From: Polyangiaceae bacterium
Lineage (GTDB): Bacteria; Myxococcota_A; Polyangia; Polyangiales; Polyangiaceae
Assembly: GCA_044376115.1 (NCBI GenBank)
Contig: JBILLK010000026.1
Coordinates: 32,001-96,000, forward strand
Length of the DNA: 64,000 nucleotides
Direction: 5' to 3'
Below, piece after piece: positions 9,317-16,953 of the stretch. The translations under genes were made by a program, and so were the position numbers. Below the pieces are notes generated by a model. It worked only from the letters and a program-made list of their open reading frames with translations, searched no databases and had not been told where the DNA came from. Numbering within the stretch: the first letter of the stretch is position 1; every line of letters begins with the position of its first letter.

Positions 9317-10306
9317 TCAGAGGCCCATCGGAGCCTGCTCAACGCAATAGAGCCGGCCCAGGTTGGGGCTCAAAGTTCCGTCCAGGTCGACCGACGCGCA
9401 AGGGATGGGACCGTTGTTGGCCCAGCGAACATCGGTCCTGCTGAAGTCGCCAACGCGGGCGAGAAAAGCGGGCAACTTAGGCGGCATGACCGTTGGCACT
9501 GGTGTCCAGTCGTTACAATAGTGATTGCCTTGGTTGCCCACGATCTTCGCACCAATCCAAACCGGTAACTCTTCCCCCGGCGGCGGCAGCTTGTACTCAG
9601 TGACGTTGATCGGGTTGTCCAGCTGGCTGAATTCGACATCGGCAAGGACCGACCATCCAGGGACGACCTTTTCGTTGTCGAGCCGGTAGTAGGGCACAGT
9701 GTTTGGAGGAAGATCGAAGCGAAGCCCTGGGCCAGACTGGGAATCGGTCAAGTAGGCTCTCCAGTTTCCTTGGAGGCCCGCTAGATCGGCGAACTCTTGG
9801 CAGAGTTCATCAGCGCCGAGAGCCCCGGACGGGAAGACCGGCTCAACCGCGCTCGCGCTGAGGAAGACGCGTAGCCCCACCGTCTCACAGCCGTCGTCGG
9901 GCATACTCTTGTTCGGCTTTTCGATGTTTAGAAAGCCGCTCTTGCAGGTAGATTCGCAGAGCCCCTGCTTGCACACGGCTTCCTCGACGCCCGCTCCGTC
10001 GCACTTCCTAAAGCACTCCCCGCAGTGCTCAGGGTTAACGTCGAAGTCGGTGACCCCGCAACCGCCCGCCCCTCCACCGCCAGGCCCCTCGATCGCACCG
10101 CCCTCGTTCGTACCGCCCTCGTTCATGACCCCACCGGCCGCGCCACCGCCGCTCGATGAGGCGCCACCGGAGCCGCTGGGCGCATCGCCCGTTGGGCCGT
10201 TCGACGACGACGGCTCCGGACCCGGACAGCCCACCACCAGGAGCCCACCGAGGATCAACGAGAGCGCGCCGTTGCGACTCGAAGCCATGTGAAGTTGATT
10301 AAGCAT
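9317..10306 (-). CDS. Lipoprotein with Gly-rich linker, Cys-rich repeat and DUF1554/endostatin-like C-terminal domain
   Basis: Lipobox VVGC; HCGECFRKC repeat; GALGADELCQEFADLAGLQGNWRAYL...CNDWT...RLYCVEQ. Start could be Met 10288. Confidence 0.75.
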   Translation of the reverse strand: MLNQLHMASSRNGALSLILGGLLVVGCPGPEPSSSNGPTGDAPSGSGGASSSGGGAAGGVMNEGGTNEGGAIEGPGGGGAGGCGVTDFDVNPEHCGECFRKCDGAGVEEAVCKQGLCESTCKSGFLNIEKPNKSMPDDGCETVGLRVFLSASAVEPVFPSGALGADELCQEFADLAGLQGNWRAYLTDSQSGPGLRFDLPPNTVPYYRLDNEKVVPGWSVLADVEFSQLDNPINVTEYKLPPPGEELPVWIGAKIVGNQGNHYCNDWTPVPTVMPPKLPAFLARVGDFSRTDVRWANNGPIPCASVDLDGTLSPNLGRLYCVEQAPMGL

Positions 10307-10481
10307 GACCTCAGAGTAGAGCCAGAGCCGCGCGATCGCTACGGCGCAACGCTACGCCCCGTTCACGCTCAGCGTCTCTTGTTTGGTGATCGGAGAGGCG
10401 TTGCTCGTCAGTCACGACGTTTCGGGCTCCCAGCGAAGATCTGAGCGCCGCGCTGCGCCGAGCAACCTGAGGCAGCGCGAG

Positions 10482-10853
10482 CTAACGCAAGCGCGCTCCC
10501 GTTGGCGCAGTGAACTCGCTGGTCTCCGCGTCCCCCGTGTTGACCGTCTCCTTCGGCTCGAAGATCAGCACCTCGGCCTCTTCATCAGCGGCGGTTCGAT
10601 GCTCGACGCCGCGCGGAACCACAGTGTAGTCCCCCGGCCCGAGCACCACCGAGTGATCGCGGTACTCGACGCGGAAGGTCCCACGGTGCACGAGGAACAT
10701 CTCCTCACAGGCTTCGTGCCGGTGCCAAGGAAAGGTCCCCTGCACCTTCACCACCTTGACCTCTTGCCCGTTGAGCGAGGCGATCACCTTGGGTCGCCAG
10801 TGCTCGCTAAAAGAAGCAAAGTCAGCGTTTAGGTTGCCACGCTCCGTGCTCAT
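10482..10853 (-). CDS. Cupin domain protein
   Basis: FSEHWRPKVIA...FPWHRHEACEEMFLV...VVPRGVEHRT, the two cupin motifs. Confidence 0.9.
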   Translation of the reverse strand: MSTERGNLNADFASFSEHWRPKVIASLNGQEVKVVKVQGTFPWHRHEACEEMFLVHRGTFRVEYRDHSVVLGPGDYTVVPRGVEHRTAADEEAEVLIFEPKETVNTGDAETSEFTAPTGARLR

Positions 10854-10985
10854 TCGTCTTCTCCGAGCTCCACCAACGTCGTGCTCAGCTGAACGCGGTC
10901 CCCGTTCACCTGCCCCGTTTGGCAGATCAGCGTGGTCTTCCCGCCCGGTTCGAAGTCGGCCTCCGCGCACAGCTCAAAGAAGCCT
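10850..10985 (-). pseudogene. Possible 3' remnant of a gene formerly upstream of the cupin gene
   Basis: FFELCAEADFEPGGKTTLICQTGQVNGDRVQLSTTLVELGEDE* ends in an ATGA overlap with the cupin start but has no convincing start of its own. Confidence 0.4.
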
Positions 10986-11733
10986 GACCGGAAACGCCGA
11001 GTACCCCTCGCTGGGGGCAGTGCGCGAGACTCCACACGCGATATCCTGGGCCAAAGGCCTGCCCGACCCAACCGCCTCGGCTTCCGAATTAGCCGAGGCC
11101 GAAAGGTGGATGGCGCTGCTTGGCGTCTACAACGGCCATGCCTCGGGCGTAGGGCGCGTCGTCGTCGACTCGACGTGGCACCATTGGATGGATATCAACC
11201 TGCTTGCGCTCGAGGCAGCCGCAGCGACTGCAACGGTCGACCTCCCGACGCTCAGCGACAAGAGAGCGCGAAACGCGGCTCTCGAGGTGATCGCGAACTA
11301 CGACAAGATCGTCCGCTACTTCATCAACATCGCGATCTGGCTCGCTCCTCCGACGAAGCAACATTGGATGCTGCACGCGGCCACAGGCTGGGCCGTCACC
11401 CAGCCCCGGTCCAAGCAGGACCTCGACGAGAGGACGCCCACCGAAATGGCAGGACAGCTCGCCGCCGAGACGCTCGCCCGCCAGGTTGGACCGTGCCAAC
11501 TCGATGAATGGCTCCATCTCCTATCGCCCGGCCCCAAGCCACGCCCGCACTGGCCGCCGGCTCCTCTCACCTGGCCGCGACGTTTTGAGTTGCTTGGCTC
11601 GCTCGTGAAGGAACTCCTCGCGCTCAGTCCTGAGGCCCAAAGCCACGGACTCAGGCCGCTGTCGTCAGCATGTAGCCCACACCGCGAATCGTCCGCAGCA
11701 GGATCGGACGCGACGGATCCGGCTCGAGCTTGA
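10975..11733 (+). pseudogene. Internal/C-terminal fragment of a conserved hypothetical protein (GRVVVDSTWHHW motif)
   Basis: Protein-like stretch EYPSLGAVRETPHAISWA...YNGHASGVGRVVVDSTWHHWMDINL...YFINIAIWLAP. No clear start; the last ~27 codons are only the antisense of the neighbouring gene. Confidence 0.55.
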
Positions 11734-12343
11734 GGCGCAGACGGTAGACGGCCACATCCACGGCGCGGTCGAAGACAGCGCCCGGATCGCCTTTCATCGA
11801 CCCGAGGAGCGCCTCGCGCGAGACGACGCGGTTGGCCCGCGCGACGAGCGCTCGCAAGAGTTCGAACTCGTTCGTCGTGACCGCCACCGGCTCTCCCCGA
11901 ACGGTGCACGTACGCGAGCGCAGATCGAGCCGGAGGGGGCCAGCGCTGAGGCTCGACTTCTCCGCTATCCCGCGCGCCCTTCGAACATGAGCCGTAAGCC
12001 GCGCGACCATCTCGCGAGCACGCAGCGGCCCGACCCAGAAGTCGTCTGCGCCTGCGTCGAGCGCCAGTACCAAGCTCGTCTCGTCGTAGCGCGGGCTCGT
12101 CACGATGATGGGGAGCGGCTTCTCCGCGCGGAGCCGCGCACAGACTGCACGCGGGTTCGCGCCTGGCAGCTCCCACTCCATCAGCAGCGCGTCAAAGTCG
12201 CGCAGCTGAAACTGATGCACCAGGTTGGTTGCGTCCTCGACGACGTGCGCAAGCACGGCCCCCTGGGCCTCGAGCTCACGCCCGAGCCTCGTGTCCGCGC
12301 GGGTGGTCGCCCAAAGCAGGCAGATCGGTTCGGAGGGTTCCAT
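11651..12343 (-). CDS. OmpR/PhoB-family response regulator with atypical receiver domain
   Basis: Winged helix VTTNEFELL...DRAVDVAVYRLRLKLE...LRTIRGVGY; receiver has LLMEWELPG and DDFWVGP. Confidence 0.88.
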   Translation of the reverse strand: MEPSEPICLLWATTRADTRLGRELEAQGAVLAHVVEDATNLVHQFQLRDFDALLMEWELPGANPRAVCARLRAEKPLPIIVTSPRYDETSLVLALDAGADDFWVGPLRAREMVARLTAHVRRARGIAEKSSLSAGPLRLDLRSRTCTVRGEPVAVTTNEFELLRALVARANRVVSREALLGSMKGDPGAVFDRAVDVAVYRLRLKLEPDPSRPILLRTIRGVGYMLTTAA

Positions 12344-12397
12344 TGCAGAGCGAGAATGCAACGCCTTCGGGACCGCGTCGCAGCCTCGCGGACGGAG

Positions 12398-13024
12398 TCA
12401 CCAATTCCGCTGACGACCCGGCGTCGCTGGCGGATGAACGCCCGCAGGCTGAAGCTGCACCGCGAGGAAGCGCGGCGCCTGCCGCTCCCCGACGAGCGCG
12501 AGCAGCGGCCGAAGCGCACGCGACGACTCGCTCGGATCTTCCAGCCAGAGCACCGCGACGAACGCGAGCGCCCAGTCGAGGGCGTCATCATCGGTGGGTA
12601 CGAAGCGCGCGAAGACGCGCGCGAGTGCCCGCGTGCATTCGAGCCGAACGAGGTTCTCAACGTCTCTTTCAGCCTTCACCGTGCGGCCGGAGCGGGCCGC
12701 AGCGGAGTGAGGCGCACAAGCGTCACGGAGCCGGTGGAAGCCGTCGACGAGCCGAATCAACTCGGGCACGAGGTCCAGCTCGGTCTGCGATTCGAGCGCA
12801 CGAAACGGCTCGAGCAAGACCCACAAATCGTAGCCACACGCGGCAGCAACGAGCGCCGACTTGGCCGGGTAGCGGCGAAAGATGGTGCCCTCCGAGATGT
12901 GGGCGCGCCGCGCGATCTCGCGCACCGTCACGCTGGGCCCGACGGCCTGCAGCGCCTCACGCGTAGCGTTCAAGATGTGCGTATCGTCGATCGAGCGAGG
13001 TCGGCCTCGCGCAGCGGAGCTCAT
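12398..13024 (-). CDS. TetR/AcrR-family transcriptional regulator
   Basis: GRPRSIDD...TVREIARRAHISEGTIFRRYPAKSAL HTH; ATGA overlap with the LytTR gene. Confidence 0.85.
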   Translation of the reverse strand: MSSAARGRPRSIDDTHILNATREALQAVGPSVTVREIARRAHISEGTIFRRYPAKSALVAAACGYDLWVLLEPFRALESQTELDLVPELIRLVDGFHRLRDACAPHSAAARSGRTVKAERDVENLVRLECTRALARVFARFVPTDDDALDWALAFVAVLWLEDPSESSRALRPLLALVGERQAPRFLAVQLQPAGVHPPATPGRQRNW

Positions 13025-13794
13025 CGTTTGCGGACTCCCGGTGTTGACGTAAGCAGCCAATCGCGCACCGACTGTGCGCGGTCTCGCGCCACGGGCACGC
13101 GCACCCCAGCTCCTTCGCCGTCATAGCGCTGCCCAATGAATAGCCAGGTCTCCCCCGAGTCACGATCGAGCACGCGAATGTGTTGTGTAGCCACCAGCCA
13201 GTTGCGATGGACGCGACGGAAGCGGCTACCAAAGGTGCTCTCGAGCGACTGCAGCGAAAGGTCCACGTCGAAGACGCCGTGGGCGGTATGAACGAGGGTC
13301 AACCGCTCCTGTGACTCGCAGGCCCAGATCTCGTCGGCGTCGAGGAAGACGAGGCTGCGTTTGTTGCGTGCGACCAGCCGATCAGCGGGGGCTTGAGCCA
13401 CGGTGGTGCGCCGACTGATCCGCTGCAGACACTGCCGCGTGCGCTCGAAAGTGAACGGCTTCGTCAGGTAGTCCACCACGCCGAGTTCGAACGCCTCCAC
13501 CGCGCGATCGTTCAAGGCCGTCGCCAGCACGAAGGCGGGCGCACCCTCGCGGTGGGCCCACTCTTTGACGAGCGCGAGGCCGTTCGCCTTCGACCCAAGC
13601 AGGTTGATATCGACGAAGGCGACATCGATGCCGGAGGCGAGATCGGTCTTCTCCAGCAAGGCCGTCGCGTCATCCGAGGTCGCGACAGCGCCGACTACCA
13701 CCGCGAGCTTCGTCCGCTCCAAGAGCTCGACCAGGTACTGCCGCGCGATCCATTCGTCCTCCACCACCAAGGCGCGCAAGACCGTCTCGCTCAT
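13021..13794 (-). CDS. LytR/AlgR-family response regulator (REC + LytTR)
   Basis: VVEDE, AFVDINL, VDYLTKPF receiver; FRRVHRNWLV and VPVARDR LytTR motifs. Confidence 0.93.
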   Translation of the reverse strand: MSETVLRALVVEDEWIARQYLVELLERTKLAVVVGAVATSDDATALLEKTDLASGIDVAFVDINLLGSKANGLALVKEWAHREGAPAFVLATALNDRAVEAFELGVVDYLTKPFTFERTRQCLQRISRRTTVAQAPADRLVARNKRSLVFLDADEIWACESQERLTLVHTAHGVFDVDLSLQSLESTFGSRFRRVHRNWLVATQHIRVLDRDSGETWLFIGQRYDGEGAGVRVPVARDRAQSVRDWLLTSTPGVRKR

Positions 13795-14906
13795 GCCGCC
13801 GCCTTCTCGACGAAGGGCACGTCGATGTCTGCGCGGGTGATGCCGTCTTCCGACGCTAGCGTGAACAGCGCCGAGGTGTAGCTGAGCTCGAGCCGCCGCC
13901 GCACGTTGCCCACGCCGATCGCGCCATCCCGCACCGAAGGCGTGACTCCCGGGCCGTTGTCCTCCACCGTACACACGAGCCTCGACTCCCCATCGCGGCT
14001 CTCCTTGCGTGCCACGATGCGCACTCGACCCCCTTGGCTGCAGCGCAGAGCCCCGTGTTGCACGGCGTTCTCCACCAACGGCTGGAGCAATAGACGCGGC
14101 ACCATCGCTGTACGCGCCGCCTTCTCGACGTCCCACTCGACGGTGAACTGGCCGAGGTGGCGCAACTCGAGGATCTCGACATAGCGGGCAAGCCACTCGA
14201 GTTCGCTCTCGAGCGGTTGCAGCTCATCCTGCTCGCGCAGCGCATCTCGCAGTAGGTCCCCCAAACAGGAGACCAACCAGCGCGCCTTCTCCGCGTCGAT
14301 CGTTACCAGGCCGGACACCATGTTGAGCGTGTTGAGCAAGAAGTGCGGTTCGAGCTGGCTTCGCAGCCGTTGTAGCTCGGCGATCGCGCGCAGCCCCTCG
14401 GCCTCACGACGCAGCCTCTCGAGCTCGGTATGCCGGGCGTGCTCGGCTGCCAGCTCGGAAGGGATCACGAAGGCGACCGACCAAATACCGAGCTGGATCA
14501 CGCCGACCAGGAGCCCTGCGATGACGCCGCGGAAGGGCGTGACGATGGGACCAAAAGACTGGTCCACAAAAGCTGAAAACGGGCCGCCGTAGCGAACGGA
14601 GTAGGCCGCCAAACCTCCAACCACGGCGCCCGTAACGAGGGTGGCCGGGACGCTGAAGAGGATCCATCGGCGCGCTGAAGCCCCGCGACCGTCGACGACG
14701 CGCGAAACGCTCGCCAAGAGCGGGAGCAGTACGGCAGCCTCAAGCATCACGAGGAGGATCGGGAAAGGGATCTGCCAAGGCCCCTCCTGAAAGAAGAGCA
14801 GCGGCGGCAACAGCTGCACCAACAGCAAAATGATTGCGACGACTGCACCCAGAAGGCGACGGCGGCGCGCCGACGTTGGTGGGCTCTTGGAGGGCTCGCT
14901 CTTCAC
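13791..14906 (-). CDS. LytS/YehU-family membrane sensor histidine kinase
   Basis: Four hydrophobic segments, QLEPHFLLNTLN H-box, LQPLVENAVQHG N-box, VEDNGPG and IGVGNVRRRL. Start uncertain (GTG 14906 or 14936). Confidence 0.92.
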   Translation of the reverse strand: MKSEPSKSPPTSARRRRLLGAVVAIILLLVQLLPPLLFFQEGPWQIPFPILLVMLEAAVLLPLLASVSRVVDGRGASARRWILFSVPATLVTGAVVGGLAAYSVRYGGPFSAFVDQSFGPIVTPFRGVIAGLLVGVIQLGIWSVAFVIPSELAAEHARHTELERLRREAEGLRAIAELQRLRSQLEPHFLLNTLNMVSGLVTIDAEKARWLVSCLGDLLRDALREQDELQPLESELEWLARYVEILELRHLGQFTVEWDVEKAARTAMVPRLLLQPLVENAVQHGALRCSQGGRVRIVARKESRDGESRLVCTVEDNGPGVTPSVRDGAIGVGNVRRRLELSYTSALFTLASEDGITRADIDVPFVEKAAA

Positions 14907-15063
14907 AAAGCAAGGATACCGCGCAACGGCGTACACGCCCGCGTCCGCAGACGAGAGGGGCCCGCTGCCGGACGAACCGGGACAGCGTTATTCCGTCCGC
15001 GGAATCCGACCTCTCGTCGGGAACGGCGCGACGGGGCGTCACGCCGTCTACCAAACTAAACCC

Positions 15064-16029
15064 ATGATCGAACGTCTCGAGTCACGGAGCCCGAAGCTGC
15101 AACAGGTGTATCGAACCGCCCAGCGCCTCGCCGGGCGAGATGTCCCGGTCCTGATCACAGGCGAGACCGGCACCGGCAAGGAAGTGCTCGCGAATTGGAT
15201 CCACGCCGAGAGCCCGCGCAAGGGGCAGCCCTTTGTGCGCTTCAACTGCGCCGCTTTGCCCGTCACCCTCGCCGAGGCCGAGCTCTTCGGCCACGCACGC
15301 GGGGCCTTCACCAGCGCCGACTCCGCGCGGGAGGGCTACTTTGCACGCGCATCGGGCGGCACGCTCGTCCTTGATGAAGTCGGTGAACTCCCGCCCACGG
15401 TGCAGGGAGCGCTGCTGCGCGCGACGCAGTCCGGCGAGATCCAGCGGGTCGGCAAAGGGAGCATCGAGCGCGTAGACGTCCGTTTGATCGCTTGCACCAA
15501 CCGCGATCTCGAGGATCCATCCTCGGGCTTTCGTCGCGACCTCTTCTATCGCCTGGCCGTCGTCGAGCTGCACATCCCCCCGCTGCGTGAGCGGATGGAG
15601 GACGTAGCGCCGCTCGCCTGCGAGTTCGCCCGGGTCTACGGCGAACGCTTCGGGCTGCGCGAGACGACGCTGCCGAAAGGCTTCATCGCCCGACTCGAGG
15701 GCCATCATTGGCCGGGCAACGTGCGCGAGCTCGAGAGCGTCGTGCAGGCGCTCGCAGCGACCTGCGTCGACACCTTCGAAGACGGCGACTGGGAGGTTGC
15801 CCTGCGCGGCATCGGTCGATCGGGTGGCGGCGTCGCGGGCATTCGCGCCGAACTTTCGAGCACCGAACACGAGCGCCTGGCGGCCTCGCTGCGCGAACAC
15901 CGCGGGAACCTCGCAGCCGCGGCGCGGGCGCTCAAGCTCCCGCGCACCACGCTGTTCGACAAGCTCTCGAAGCACGGCCTGATCCCGGTCCGCGGGCTAC
16001 CGCGCTCGCAGGCGGAAGCTCGCCCATGA
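15064..16029 (+). CDS. Sigma-54 enhancer-binding protein (AAA+ and Fis HTH) without an N-terminal sensory domain
   Basis: Walker A GETGTGKE, ELFGHARGAFTSA, Walker B LVLDEVGE, FRRDLFYRL, WPGNVREL and HTH NLAAAARALKLPRTTLFDKL. Confidence 0.93.
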   Translation: MIERLESRSPKLQQVYRTAQRLAGRDVPVLITGETGTGKEVLANWIHAESPRKGQPFVRFNCAALPVTLAEAELFGHARGAFTSADSAREGYFARASGGTLVLDEVGELPPTVQGALLRATQSGEIQRVGKGSIERVDVRLIACTNRDLEDPSSGFRRDLFYRLAVVELHIPPLRERMEDVAPLACEFARVYGERFGLRETTLPKGFIARLEGHHWPGNVRELESVVQALAATCVDTFEDGDWEVALRGIGRSGGGVAGIRAELSSTEHERLAASLREHRGNLAAAARALKLPRTTLFDKLSKHGLIPVRGLPRSQAEARP

Positions 16030-16953
16030 GGTCCCGCCGCGCGCGTCGTGCAGCGTGACCCAAAACCGCATCGTCTGATCGTCCTCCGCCTTCAGCTCGA
16101 ACTCTGCCGAGGTCTCCTCAGTCGTGACCACGTCGAGCTCCTTGTCGAGCTCGCGGCCCGTTGCGTACGCGCGTACCCAGGCCGTCTCCGGCTCGCCGGA
16201 GTCCAGCTCCTCGAGCGACTCCGGCTCGACGTTGACCGCGATCGGCGTCGCGGTGCAGGTCTTCGTGTCGGCGCATACGGCGACGCAGCGCGGCTCATCG
16301 TCGGCGCATTCGATCGGCTCAATCGGCGATAGGTCGTCCACGCAATCGTCCCCTGCGCAATCGAGCGGGATGCTGCGCCCGTCGATTTGGACCTCCACCA
16401 AGCTCGGCACCACGTTGGCGGCCTCCTCTTCGACGGTCACGGTCGCGAAGGAGAAGACGTACTCGTCGGAGCCGAGTGGGCTACCTGCATCGTCGACGCA
16501 GTCGAAGGGCACGTCGGAAGCGCGCTGGCTCGCGGTGGGTCGCAGCGTGCCGTTGCAGGCGACGAAGAAGACGAAGCCGGTCCCCACGAAGGTCCCATCG
16601 CTTTGTTCGACCAGCACGTCCTCCGGCACCGTGATCTCGACCCGCGACTCCTCGGAGATCGCGGCCGAGCTCGGATCAATGGAGCGAAGCTCCTCAAAGC
16701 ACGCGGCGAACGAGTTGCCACGTGGGTTCCAGCACGGCGCAAACCAGGCGACGCGTGAGCTGCGCCCAGCGCGAGGCTCGGTCCACAAGGCCGTGAGAGC
16801 GAGGGGCTCGCCTGCCGTGGGCGTGCTCTCTTGCCGGATGGCGAACACACGCAGGGTGGTCACCTCCCAAGCCTCGGGCAGATCGTCGCTGCAGCCTGCC
16901 AGCGCGGCCGCGGCCAAGGTGAGCTGTCCCCATCGCATCAAAGATCGCTTCAT
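15997..16953 (-). CDS. Lipoprotein associated with the TonB-dependent transporter
   Basis: Lipobox LAGC followed by VTTLRVFAIRQE; C-terminal FWVTLHDARGGTSW; start overlaps the receptor stop codon. Confidence 0.8.
   Translation of the reverse strand: MKRSLMRWGQLTLAAAALAGCSDDLPEAWEVTTLRVFAIRQESTPTAGEPLALTALWTEPRAGRSSRVAWFAPCWNPRGNSFAACFEELRSIDPSSAAISEESRVEITVPEDVLVEQSDGTFVGTGFVFFVACNGTLRPTASQRASDVPFDCVDDAGSPLGSDEYVFSFATVTVEEEAANVVPSLVEVQIDGRSIPLDCAGDDCVDDLSPIEPIECADDEPRCVAVCADTKTCTATPIAVNVEPESLEELDSGEPETAWVRAYATGRELDKELDVVTTEETSAEFELKAEDDQTMRFWVTLHDARGGTSWASFRLRAR

Noticed and set aside
10320..10480. Possible riboswitch or ncRNA upstream of the 9317-10306 lipoprotein gene
   Set aside because: Only a weak stem (AGCGTCTCT/AGAGGCGTT) and no recognisable aptamer consensus.
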